The notes below the pieces were generated by a model. It saw only the letters and a list, made by a program, of their open reading frames with translations, was not told the DNA's origin and made no database searches. The position numbers and the translations under genes are program-made. Below, piece by piece: positions 9,832-21,000 of a DNA stretch of 64,000 nt. This stretch comes from a virus: IMG/VR virus record IMGVR_UViG_3300025133_000069, positions 1 through 64,000 of that record. One strand, written 5' to 3'. Numbering within the stretch: position 1 is the stretch's first letter; each line of letters begins with the position of its first letter.

Positions 9832-11067
9832 ATGAAAATTACCGAAAAAGTTCTTAAGCAATTGATCAAAGAAGAGTTAGCTAAAATATTTGAAGGAGAC
9901 GACGGAGACGTCATTAAGGGCCCATGGGGCGACAAACCCCCCGGAAGTACTGAAGATTGGCTCGACCAGTGGGATGACTCTCTTGATAAGCTGGACACTG
10001 AAAAACAGCGGATGTTCGATCAGTGGCAGAAAGATCCAAATTCAGTACCGGAGAAATGGCGTAAGTTCTTTGAGCCGAATGTGACACAGTTGCCCGGGCG
10101 TGAGCGTATTGCAATACAGCCCCCGGAATCGGGCGCCCCAGGACGAGTAGTTCAGGGCCCATGGGGAGATATTCCAGCTCTTGAACCGCAGAGAGGCAGA
10201 CCGGTCTCTGATTACATGGAAGTTGCTAAAATATTCAAAGGAGATCCTGATGCTATAAAAGATCTTCCGGTTCCACCTGGGCAGCCAAAATTAAATGTGA
10301 ATTCAACAACAGAAGAAATTGCAGCTGCCTTAAAATACGATGAGGACCTTTACTGGAGCGCTAAAGACGCGCCGACGAAGAAGAAGAGTGGTCGTGGTAC
10401 CGCTGCAAGCTTGCATGGAAAAGCAGGGGATCCCATGAACCCCGACGCTCGACGCGAAACTCTTAGAAATGTAAGAGCAATGGAACAGCGTACGCCAGAA
10501 TTAAAAGGTAAGATATTAGAACATCCAAATGTAAAAGATAGAGTGAGAGCTTCTGTAAAGAAAAAAATAGCTGCCGGCGCTTTTATTGGTATTCTTGTAT
10601 GGCAATTGCTGGAAGGCTTGGCCAACGCAACGGAAACACATGGCCATTTATTAGATGAAGAAGGAAATATTAACGAAGATAGTGTTAAAGCCCATGGGAT
10701 AGAACTGGGAAAATTTGGGATTAGCGCGGTGGATCCAACTGGTATAGCAGACGTCGGCTTCGGCATACACGAGATTCTTAGCGCCGATGATCCAAAGTAT
10801 ATGAGTGAGGTACATGGTCAGGCCATGGCTGAGATGTTTGGTATTCCTACTCCATCGGATGCAGGACCAGAAGGAATAAAACCGGGAAGTGCTACTGCGC
10901 CGGGCGAGGTTATTGCGACGGTCGCTCCAGATTGGCTAGAAATATGGAATCCAGTTGGTGAAGAAGAGGGTTTCACGATGGAATGGGAACCGGGGCCCGA
11001 AGATCCGCGTATGCAAGTCCGCGAATCTAAAAAGAACACCAGAAAAATTAAAATATTAATTAAATAA
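9832..11067 (+). CDS. Leader-A cargo protein with hydrophobic segment and basic C-terminal tail
   Basis: Start ATG 9832 MKITEKVLKQLIKEEL; AAGAFIGILVWQLL; ends VRESKKNTRKIKILIK. Confidence 0.8.
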   Translation: MKITEKVLKQLIKEELAKIFEGDDGDVIKGPWGDKPPGSTEDWLDQWDDSLDKLDTEKQRMFDQWQKDPNSVPEKWRKFFEPNVTQLPGRERIAIQPPESGAPGRVVQGPWGDIPALEPQRGRPVSDYMEVAKIFKGDPDAIKDLPVPPGQPKLNVNSTTEEIAAALKYDEDLYWSAKDAPTKKKSGRGTAASLHGKAGDPMNPDARRETLRNVRAMEQRTPELKGKILEHPNVKDRVRASVKKKIAAGAFIGILVWQLLEGLANATETHGHLLDEEGNINEDSVKAHGIELGKFGISAVDPTGIADVGFGIHEILSADDPKYMSEVHGQAMAEMFGIPTPSDAGPEGIKPGSATAPGEVIATVAPDWLEIWNPVGEEEGFTMEWEPGPEDPRMQVRESKKNTRKIKILIK

Positions 11068-11097
11068 TACGAACAGTCTCAAGCTTGTATATGCGAT

Positions 11098-11105
11098 ACT
11101 ATTTA
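11098..11105 (+). promoter_or_regulatory. Putative late promoter box ACTATTTA (leaderless configuration)
   Basis: 12 nt before ATG 11110, no SD. Confidence 0.6.
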
Positions 11106-11109
11106 TAAT

Positions 11110-13011
11110 ATGCAAAAACTTTTCGAAAATTGGCGTAACTTTGAAAAATTAATTTTATCCGAAGCTCGGGATCCTTTTGGTATTACTGTAGCTAATGAAA
11201 TTACTAAGCATGTACTGGCATTTCTCAAGACTCGTAGCGATGAGTTTTGGGAGAACACCCGACCAGGCGTGGCTCCGCCAGAGCCGGAGGATGCAAGAAG
11301 ATTTCCTTATCCTGTCACTACAACAGTTGAAAGACAACAGGGCCCGCTATTACCTCAACTGACAGATTACAAAAGAATAATAGTAATACCAAAAAATGTT
11401 TTTATTCGGAAATTTAAAGCAAAAAAACTTCCTTCTTCACCTGGGCCAGGAACAATGCAAGCGGCGGGAATTCACGATGTTCGTAATTTGAAAGATGCCT
11501 TTGCGAAGTTTCCTGATTTAGAAAATGTTATTGTAAAAATTGATTTCGTATCAGATAGAATGATGAGCAAGGTCATCAAGGCCGAGGGCGAAGCGGGCGC
11601 ATTACTACCAACGAGACATAGTAAGTTTTTTATGGACGGCGCGGCAGGGAGTAGGTCAGCAAAAGCAGCTTGGAATCCGGAGCATCCTTATTCTCCGAGC
11701 CATCCGCCGCATGGAGGCTCTGGAGATTTAACACTGGAAATCACTCTCTCTGACGACTTTTTCCGTGCAGAATCGAAAGAGTTATTTTTAATTGATTTAA
11801 TAAAACCGTTGCGCGCAGGTCTAATATTCACGACCACTCATGAGTTAGAACACTTTCAACAAGGTTTGCCTCATCCTCTTCGCGGAAAGACTAGTAGACA
11901 TCCTGCTGGACATCTTGAAAAATTTGAAGAGCCTTATAGTCCTGAAGTTGCTGACCGAGGGCGCCCGGGCCCGGGAGAGTCGCCAGCGGCCCCTCCGGGA
12001 AGTGCATGGCGAATATTTGTGTATGAATTATTACCAGATGAATTTGAAGCCAATATAAAAGGGTTGATAAACACAGCTAGAAAAACTGGGTATCCCCTAA
12101 TAAGCAATTACGAAACTGTGTATGGCGCGGCCTCGCAGGTCGACCTCCGCGTCGCCGGCGGCTTTCATCTGGAGACGGGAAGAGGTTTATTTGAACTTTG
12201 GCTTAAGCAGAGAATTAATTCGTATTATCGACTACTTCGACAGACGGGGACAGCAGTCTTGACCGTTGAGAATCATACAAAAATAATTATGGAGAAAGGT
12301 CGTGAACTATTAATAAAATATGCCAAACAAAATCTTCCAAAAATTCATGCTGCTATAATGTCGCAGGTGGAAAAAATTGCAAAGAATAGACAGTTATTGG
12401 CGGATCCCCGAATGCGATTGGAAATTGAGGATGCCGTGGGTCGTCCCACTCCTAAAGGTGAGGCTGTCTTAAAAAGCAAAAAGTCATTTTCTACAAGTCT
12501 TCGAGGCGCGCCCCTTATGGCACTAGACTTATCTTTGAGATTAGAATTTGCAGGCCCAGAAGTAGAAGAGAAGGCCATGGCCGTCTTTGAATGGGGTCGA
12601 GATACCGCTATATGGACAGCTATCGGGGCTGCATCGACCGCTGTCGTTGGTGCTGCATCTCCTGGTGTATTAGCTGGTATGATTATTTCTTGTATGGTTG
12701 ATCCGACATGTCACCCACCAAAATCGCGAAAGGAAGCGCATAGAGAAAAAATAAAAACATCAGAAGCTGGTATCGATGCTGCAATTGATATGTGTAGAAA
12801 ATCTGGAATGGTGCCTGATCCTTTAAATCCCCGGGGCTTAAAATATCGTTCGGGCAAACCTATAGGTGGTGTAGAGTGTGTGACACCCGAAGAAGCTGAA
12901 GAAAGAAAGAAAGAATTACCTTGCTGGGAGCGTCCAGAAGGTTGTAGTCATTTGGAATCTGTTAGAGAAAATAAATCAGTTCATAAAATCAAAATTAAAT
13001 TGTTAAAATAA
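11110..13011 (+). CDS. Leader-B cargo protein: HExxH metallopeptidase plus C-terminal hydrophobic region
   Basis: MQKLFENWRNFEKLILSE; TTHELEHFQQ...PDEFEAN; TAIWTAIGAASTAVVGAASPGVLAGMII; ends VRENKSVHKIKIKLLK. Confidence 0.8.
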   Translation: MQKLFENWRNFEKLILSEARDPFGITVANEITKHVLAFLKTRSDEFWENTRPGVAPPEPEDARRFPYPVTTTVERQQGPLLPQLTDYKRIIVIPKNVFIRKFKAKKLPSSPGPGTMQAAGIHDVRNLKDAFAKFPDLENVIVKIDFVSDRMMSKVIKAEGEAGALLPTRHSKFFMDGAAGSRSAKAAWNPEHPYSPSHPPHGGSGDLTLEITLSDDFFRAESKELFLIDLIKPLRAGLIFTTTHELEHFQQGLPHPLRGKTSRHPAGHLEKFEEPYSPEVADRGRPGPGESPAAPPGSAWRIFVYELLPDEFEANIKGLINTARKTGYPLISNYETVYGAASQVDLRVAGGFHLETGRGLFELWLKQRINSYYRLLRQTGTAVLTVENHTKIIMEKGRELLIKYAKQNLPKIHAAIMSQVEKIAKNRQLLADPRMRLEIEDAVGRPTPKGEAVLKSKKSFSTSLRGAPLMALDLSLRLEFAGPEVEEKAMAVFEWGRDTAIWTAIGAASTAVVGAASPGVLAGMIISCMVDPTCHPPKSRKEAHREKIKTSEAGIDAAIDMCRKSGMVPDPLNPRGLKYRSGKPIGGVECVTPEEAEERKKELPCWERPEGCSHLESVRENKSVHKIKIKLLK

Positions 13012-13084
13012 GGCAGAAAGTCTTTTGAGGGTTTATAACATTTACTTACTATTTAATATTAGCCTCTTTTGAAAGGGAAAAAAT

Positions 13085-13552
13085 ATGAAAATTACAAAAA
13101 GACAACTTCAACGAATTATTAAAGAAGAACTTGAAAAAGTTTTGAAAGAAGCCGAAAAAGGTTGGGCCGGCGGAATAGGTGATATTATCCGTCGTGGTCT
13201 CGAAGAACTTATAAAAATAGCACAAGGATTGACTCAGGCACTTAAAGCAGCATGTGCACAAAAAGATTTAATTTTAATGGCGGTTAACAATCCAAAGATG
13301 ATTAAATTAATTGTTAGTACTGCTAACCCAGCAGAGGCCGCGGCTGCAATTACTCTAGCTGCACAGGAGGCCGGCATTCCCGTACCGGGAGACGCGACGA
13401 AGGCTTTGACTATGGTGATTACAGAAATGAAGAAAGATACATTTTTCTGGGATCAGCTTGTAAAAGCCATGAAAGATGAAAGTGTACGTAAAACAGTAGT
13501 GGCCACTATTTCAGCAGCGTGCCCGAAACCAACGACGGAGCCGGTACCATAA
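13085..13552 (+). CDS. Leader-A cargo protein, helical
   Basis: MKITKRQLQRIIKEELEKVLKE; ACTATTTA at 13048. Confidence 0.8.
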   Translation: MKITKRQLQRIIKEELEKVLKEAEKGWAGGIGDIIRRGLEELIKIAQGLTQALKAACAQKDLILMAVNNPKMIKLIVSTANPAEAAAAITLAAQEAGIPVPGDATKALTMVITEMKKDTFFWDQLVKAMKDESVRKTVVATISAACPKPTTEPVP

Positions 13553-13580
13553 AAATAATCATTTTATAAAGGAGCAAAAA

Positions 13581-13856
13581 ATGAAAGTTACCAAAAATTA
13601 CCTTAGACGATTAATTGAACAAGAATTAAGAAATATACATGAAGATGATGATGATCCTCTCTCTGCTGAGCCTGGTGGTCTCGGTGGTCTCGGTGGTGAG
13701 AAACCTTCATTACCGCCTGATGCTGGTGGGGTGGCTGAGCCAGAAACAGCAGAAGCAATGTTAGAGAAGGTTCATGCAGATCTTGAAAGGTGGTTGGGAG
13801 GCCATGGCGGCGATGTTTCACCAAGTACAGATGTAGAAGACGAAGACGAATTTTAA
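13581..13856 (+). CDS. Leader-A small acidic protein
   Basis: MKVTKNYLRRLIEQEL; AAGGAG RBS. Confidence 0.8.
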   Translation: MKVTKNYLRRLIEQELRNIHEDDDDPLSAEPGGLGGLGGEKPSLPPDAGGVAEPETAEAMLEKVHADLERWLGGHGGDVSPSTDVEDEDEF

Positions 13857-13862
13857 ATCAGT

Positions 13863-14174
13863 TCACCACCAACATTCTGAACTGATATATTCCCATTCAC
13901 ATGTATCCCAATAAAAGCACCACTCATATTCACAAATCCAGGAATCTGAATGTTCTTGCTTCCAAACACAGCATTCCGCATTTGAATATGAATCGCAATA
14001 GCGCATGCCTGTTTCTAAAGGCAGAGGATCATACATGCAATAGTCTACCACTATTGCAGCCTCTTCGTAATAAACTGGCGTATTATCATCAGGATCTGAG
14101 GGGACTAGTCTCAGAGTGCAGCTTGTTGCTAACAAACTTAGCATGCCTAGCATGCAAATAAATAAATTTTTCAT
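13863..14174 (-). CDS. Small Cys/Trp-rich lipoprotein
   Basis: Signal peptide ending LLATSC (lipobox-like); C-terminal half rich in Cys and Trp. Confidence 0.7.
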   Translation of the reverse strand: MKNLFICMLGMLSLLATSCTLRLVPSDPDDNTPVYYEEAAIVVDYCMYDPLPLETGMRYCDSYSNAECCVWKQEHSDSWICEYEWCFYWDTCEWEYISSECWW

Positions 14175-14232
14175 ACTATCAATATAATAACAGTTTAGAA
14201 AGAATTAACTAATTATTTATGAGAACACCAAT

Positions 14233-14994
14233 ATGAAATTATTATTCGAAAGCTGGCGTCAATTTATATCTGAAGAAGAATCACCGCGAATTATCGCTAT
14301 TGGTGACAGTATTACAGCGATGAAAGGATCTTATATTGATCTCTTGGGCGGCGAGAAGTTTGCTAAAGGAGGACAGACAAGCAGACAGCGTATACTTTTT
14401 AATAAAGTTAAAGATGCTACAGCTGGAAGGTCTGATTATCCAGATTATATAATTCTTTTTATGGGTACTAATAATATTGGTGCTGGCGATAGACGTTATG
14501 GTGCTAGATTCGCCAAGCCAGAAGACGAGAATCCAAAATTCGTTAGTGAGTTAATAGCTGATTTAGGGAAATATTATGGTTGGGCCAAAACTGGCTGTGC
14601 GTTTGAAGGGAAGACGTCAAGAGAAACGAAATGTATTCCACAAGACCATTCAGCTACAGTTATTGTATTGCCATTGTTTCCTGCTTATGATTATTGGTTT
14701 AAACGATATAATACGTTGAACGAGAAGAAGAAGATAAGGTATGCTGGTTGGGAACCTAATTTAATGATGAAAAATTTAAATAAAGTTAATCAAGCGATCG
14801 CTGAAATATCAGATATACCTATAAGCAATGAATCAATGTTAGAAGTTGCTGTTAACTGGAAGGATGACGGAAGTGGTTTGGTAGGAAAAAACATCCAAGA
14901 ACAATACAGAGGAAGAAAAGGCAATGATTATATTCATCCCAACAAAGCAGGTCATGCAGCATTAAAAGCCCTAATTAAAGAGAGGCTGTTTTAA
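14233..14994 (+). CDS. Leader-B cargo protein: SGNH/GDSL esterase
   Basis: MKLLFESWRQFISEE; AIGDSIT, MGTNN, DYIHPNKAGH; ACTAATTA at 14208. Confidence 0.85.
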   Translation: MKLLFESWRQFISEEESPRIIAIGDSITAMKGSYIDLLGGEKFAKGGQTSRQRILFNKVKDATAGRSDYPDYIILFMGTNNIGAGDRRYGARFAKPEDENPKFVSELIADLGKYYGWAKTGCAFEGKTSRETKCIPQDHSATVIVLPLFPAYDYWFKRYNTLNEKKKIRYAGWEPNLMMKNLNKVNQAIAEISDIPISNESMLEVAVNWKDDGSGLVGKNIQEQYRGRKGNDYIHPNKAGHAALKALIKERLF

Positions 14995-15001
14995 TAATAA
15001 T

Positions 15002-18000
15002 ATGAAAAAAAGAACTATCACCAAATCTCAATTAGAAAATGTCATCTCTGAACGCTTGACTGGTCTATTGCAGGAAGAAAAAATAATTCCTGTAAAGAAA
15101 AGAACTATCACTAAGTCCCAATTAGAGAGCGTTATATCCGAACGTTTAACAAATCTCTTAAAAGAATCGAATCCTGTATTCAAAAATCCCGCCACAGGGC
15201 GTGTGAGGGGTGGGCGCACTGTGACGTCGGCCCGTGGCCTGGAGTTCGTCGAGGCTCACCTGACACACAGAGGGATTGCGCGCGGGCTCCAATTCGGAGT
15301 TAGTACAGAGGGACCACCCGAACAGTATTATTTAAAGGGTAATAATCCCAAAGATTGGCATTGGCCAACTTTAACGAATCGTGATTATGAAAAAGCGCTG
15401 CAGGCGGCCCATGACTTCCTGGGCTTCGAACCAATGCATGGAGAGGTTGGTCCCCATGGGGAGAAGCGCCGGATGATGCTCGCTGAAATGAGTTCGAAAC
15501 AATATTGGACAAGAGTTGCAGCATTACAGGATAAATATGAAAAGATATTACGTGAACACTTTGAAAAACATCCACTTGTTATTAAAGATCCAGTTCTCCG
15601 TCTCGGGAAAACGGCGCCGAGCAAAGCTGCCAAGCGCGCGGCGAGGAGAAGACTTGCTAAGGCGGGGCTCGCAATTGAGAAGCCGGCATATCATGCAGCG
15701 CGAACAGGGGCTGAGCAGCTACCAGCGGTTAAACCGGGCCGCGGCCAACCAGCCAGCAAAGCTGAAATAAAGAAGATGACAATTCCCGAACTAAAAGCTA
15801 AGCTGACGGGTATGGATGAAACGACACTTGCAAAACATCAATTGTCAGCAGAAGAAATAGTTAATGAAAGAATTAAACGAATGTCTTTTGGCAGAGCAAT
15901 AATTCAAGCAGATTCAGAGTGGATTGCAACAAACTTTATGAAAACAAAAGTGCCTGTTATACCACCATTCTTTGAATTAATGAAACTTGAATCTGAATGG
16001 AAAATACGTGAATTTTATCGCGTCATGGGGAGCCGCGGTCAGCGGAAGGGACGTTTGGATCTGCGGCCGGGTGATATTCTTGAAAATAAAGTAGAAACGC
16101 TTCGAGACGCTATGCGTTGGCTTAGTGGAATGGAAGAGATACCAGGGATGAAGGCCGGGATGACTGGAGAAAAATCCGCCATTGAATTAAGGAAAGAAAT
16201 TTGGAAAGGTAATATATCTGGTGAGTTAGAAGAAACAAAGCGTCAAGATCGCCATGGCGCGCACAGGAGCGAAATAGAAAAACAGTTACACACACTTGAG
16301 AAGCAAACGAATGCACTTGAAAAAGAGCTGGGGTATAAGAAGGGTAAAATATGGGAAGAATTATTATTAGACTATAAAGAAACACCGGTAATAGAGAAAG
16401 AAACAAGAGGAGAGCGTCGAAAAAGAGGATATCCAGAAAAGAAAGAAAAAAAAGGCACGCCCCAAGCAAAAAAGAAACTTCCAAGAAGAGTACGTACACT
16501 TGAACAACCAGGATGGCGTTATAGATCAGACCTGAGATTTCACGCCACGGCTCCGACTGCCTCCCCTAGAGAAATGTGGTCACCAACTTTGCAACGCTCT
16601 CCTTCAGCTGAGCCTTCAATGCCTGGTAAAAGGTATTTTGGAAACGAACAATTCCAGATAATGACAGCCTTACGTTCTTTAGGTGATCCTATAATTTTAC
16701 CAGATGAACTTTGGAATAATTTATATGGAGAAGGACCAATTTGGGGTGTTAAACTTCTAGGTACCCCGACGGAGCCGGTCCTGCGCGAAGAAGGATTATT
16801 TGGTAGATTTCCCAGTGGCCGCGGCTTGCCTGAAGAAATAATATCAGATTTAACATTTTGGAAAGATAATACGATATCAGAAAGTAAAGTTCGAGAACGT
16901 TTCAAACGTCTGCCTGAAGTGTTTGGTACTTTAAGAGACCTTCGGATTGCGGCGCCACAGGCCTGGCTCCCGAAAAAAATTGCAGATGTAGTATCTCCCA
17001 GGGGTCGTGACCCGGGTAGGTATGTTACCGATAAAATAATAAATGAATTTATTGATGCGTATTCTTTGAACTTGGGAACAACAGGAACTTCTGATATTCT
17101 TATTAGTGAAGATGGAACTATAAGATTTCTTGATAAAAAAGGCCGTCTGTCCCCCACAAAAAAATTGACACGAGGGAAGAATTTATTACAAGGTAAATTA
17201 CTAGAAGAAGTCGCAGATCTCATTGAAGAATTACATAAAGAAAGTGTAGCCAAAATAACAAGAGAAGAAGTTGTAAAAGCAACCCCAAGAGAAGGTGACC
17301 ACCTTCATTACCGTATTAACTTGGAGCGCGAACAGAGAGTCCGACCGACCTGGGGGGCAGGCGAGACGTTTGAGAGCAGGTATCCCGGTGGGAGCGCGCA
17401 TCCGCCGCGAACTGATCGAGGTGCTGGTATGCGTCCCAAATGGGAAAGATGGCATATAGGTGAACAGTATGTTCCAGATCTATTTCATGGAGAACGATTT
17501 GATATCGAAGGCACCACGGTCGGCGACCGGTCGTCGCGCCTGCAGCAGCTTTTGGCAATGCGAGGAGAAGATTCTGTTTGGGATGCTAAGCCATTAGAAA
17601 ATTTCAAAAATGACCCACGTCTCGGGAAACAACCTATAGGCCCCGATGGTAGGCCGATGGACTCCAACGCGTGGCATGATCAAGTGGTTTACCATTGGCC
17701 AGAGGAGGTGGCGGCCCGAAGAGCTCTGCGGGGCGCGGCTATAAACATGCGTAATAAGATACGTTATAGAGATGGGATCCCCCCGACGTCGGGGGGACGG
17801 CTCGTGATTGGTGCCAACTTACTTGAAGAAGCCAAGTTTGGACCAAGAGATATGAAATTAAAAGATGGCACAATTATATTCTTAGAAGATTATCTAATGC
17901 TAAAAGAAGGCGAGGGTATCTTGATGGGAGAATATGGGAAAAGATATGTTTATCCTATCCCCGTCAAAGCAAGGGAACACCACCCGGGAACCCAGCGTTG

Positions 18001-21000
18001 GGCAGAAAAAAACCTTCCCGATACTCCGTTGGCCCGGGCAAGGGCCCGGGCTATAGCCATAATAGGAGCAAATGCGTATGAAGGCGTTTATATGCCCTCC
18101 GGACCGTCTGGCGAAGGATCCCGTGTGGGCAACGCCTGGTACTTCGAGTCTGGCATGGAATCGTCGGTGTGGGAAACGAACCCTAACTGGATTGCGATTG
18201 AAGGTGATTCAACGTGGATGCACCAAGGCCAAATTGATAGGATTAAAAAACATATATTGGGAACTGAAAATGGTACGGCAAGATGGAATAGAGTAGAAAG
18301 GGATGTAGTACACTGGTTAAAGGATGGCATACCAAGTTATATAAAAGAAGAGTGGGTTGAAACAAATAAAAAAATCATCTACCTCCACCGGCGCCGGCTG
18401 AGCACGGCGTACGGTCCGGACGTGGATCGTGGGCGCGTGAGACGCGAAGTTGTGAAACTGATCGGGGAGATAGAGAAGGGTGAGGGTCCAGGTGTCTTAC
18501 GAGGCGCACAGATCAGTCCTATGACTCCCACGTGGAAGGCACCGAATGGAGCATTGATCCACGCAGGATTTCGAGATGATATGTACGAACTTTTGGAACT
18601 ATATGATCTTGAAAGTTCACATAAAATAGAAAAAGAGATTTTAACGCAAAAAGCATATAGTGACGCAATAAAAAATATGGAAAGACGTTGGCTTACTAAT
18701 AACTTCAAAGAACAATCTGTATATTTTGGTGGTCAATCGCGAGCGGAGAAGAGTTTGGGGCGTGCGAGGTTTGAGGTTACCTTGAGCCCTGAGGCGCGTA
18801 TTCTGTGGGTATTGCAAGATAGAGATTTATTAGAAATTATAGAATTTATGAATGAAAATCCAGGGGAGCGTGTTTTCATACCTAGAATAGTACAACATTA
18901 TTGGGGATCAGTTAGTACTTATCCTACAGGAAGAGCACTGCCAGAAGAAATATTAAATGATGTGAGGCTTTTAATCCATGATAAAATGACATCTGTTGAA
19001 GATGCCTTGCTACACACTGAACGGCGATGGGGTGGCGGCAAAACTACAAAAGAATGGAAGAACGATAAATTATGGGAAGAATATGTTAGAGAAAATATGC
19101 GCCTTGGAAGTAGGGGGTTTGGAGTTTGGCAAAAGGGTATTTGGGATCCCGAGACCGGTGATCCTGTATATGATGAGAAGGGTAAACAGAAATTTCGGCT
19201 AGAAGAAATTCATGATGAAGGCAAAGCTAAAAGAATAAAGAAGATTAATGAAGCAAGAGCGGAGAGACGGCGCGCAGCGGCGGAGAGACGGCGCCCGTCG
19301 CCCCAATCGCCGCGCCTCGACGTGACGTCCGGGCGTGGACTCGTACCTTCGGGTTTGCACGCGGAGCCCGTGCCCGGGTTTGGCGCGAGGTCTAATATAG
19401 TTTTGGCGACCGGCGAAATTGTGTCGGTAAATGTTGAATGGGCCCGGGAGTGGATTGAATCTGAATTATGGAAAAAATTAAACCCTGGTCGCGTGGAACC
19501 GCTCCTTAACCCCGTGGGGGAAGTGGAAAAAATGTATAATCAGCTTCTTCTTTATCCTGATTTGCCTGAGGGGGCAGCAAGAGTAGTACTCACTAACAAA
19601 GCTATAGCGGTTGAAGAACAAGTGTTGATCAATTTGATGCAAGGCCATACGAGCAGAGAATTTCACTTATTAGAATTTGAAAAGATTCTACGTCGGGAAA
19701 TGATTCCACAAGTAGAAGCTGGAAAAATTTCGCCGGCTAAAGCTGATGCTTTGGCGGCGAGATTGTCGCGACAGGCATGGGAAAAAGGCCTGAATCGTCA
19801 TATAATCCAATTGGAAATTCGAGCGCGGTCGGAAGCTGGAGCGTATGAAAGTGCAGAAGCATTAATGGCAAGAATTAATAATTCTGGCAATATACCTCCT
19901 TCTGTAAAGAAGGCTCTTAAGGGGGTTAAAAAAACTTTGCCTCCAGCAATGTTTATTTTGATAGGATACGGCATGTGGGAGATTTGGTATGATCCTGGAG
20001 CTGATCTTACCGATGATGATACAGTTTTTGAAAAAATTAGGCAGACTTCAATTCTGTTGGATCCAACAATTTTTGGTGTTCAAGCAGTTACAGGTGTTGT
20101 TGACATATTATATGAAGACAATCCAGAATGGCGCTGGGATGATCCGTGGCATCTTATTCCTGGACATATTCTTTGGAGTCGACTTGGCAAAATACGTGAA
20201 CCGGAAGAAGCAAAACGAAAAAGTAGAGAACACGCAGAGGCCGGCAAGGGCGTCCTCGATTGGGTTAGCAGGTATCGACCATGGTGGGGACAGCCGACAG
20301 GTCGAACGTTTGGAGGTGAGCATGCGCCTGGCGGGGCACATGTCCTGGGCCAGCATGATCGCTATGGTGGTATATCACCAGGTACATTAAAATTCTGTTT
20401 AGACCAACCAGATGATGGATGGTGTAAAGAATATGCACCAAATATATGGCCAGAATTTTGTTTGCAATATCCTGAGAGCGCAGAATGTAAAGATATCAAA
20501 GAGAAGATTAAGAATTATCGACAAGATATATTTGACAGATTTATGGATCCAATTAAAGAAAAAGCGCTAGAAGAATTAATAGGTGAACCATTTGAGCTTC
20601 CAGAAGATATATGTAAAGATGCAAAAGGAAGTACAGAAGAAGAGAAAAAGAAAGATTGTAAACGTCTTAAAAATTTAGCGTTCAAGCAACATCTTATGAA
20701 AGGTGTTTTTAAACAAATAGAACAAGATAAGGAACTCACACCTAAACGAGCATTTAAAAAACTATTAGATGAATGGACGTCTATGACCCTTGAAGGATGT
20801 AAAGATATTCCTGGCAATCCATGTAAAGCTGGATCTACCACATTACCCTTTAAGGATTGGGATGCCCGCGCGGCCAAAAAGAGATTGCCTAAACCTGTAG
20901 CTGAATTAGGACCTGAAGAAGAATTTGAAATGACTTTCGAACCAGATCCAATGGTGCCTCAAGATTATGATCCTGATACAGGGAAACCGAAAGCTAGACC

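Noticed and set aside
16540-17253. Long minus-strand ORFs (237 aa here; also 8483-8947, 40536-41033, 42257-42736, 54598-55050)
   Set aside because: They lie antisense to well-supported + strand genes and have no RBS or motifs.
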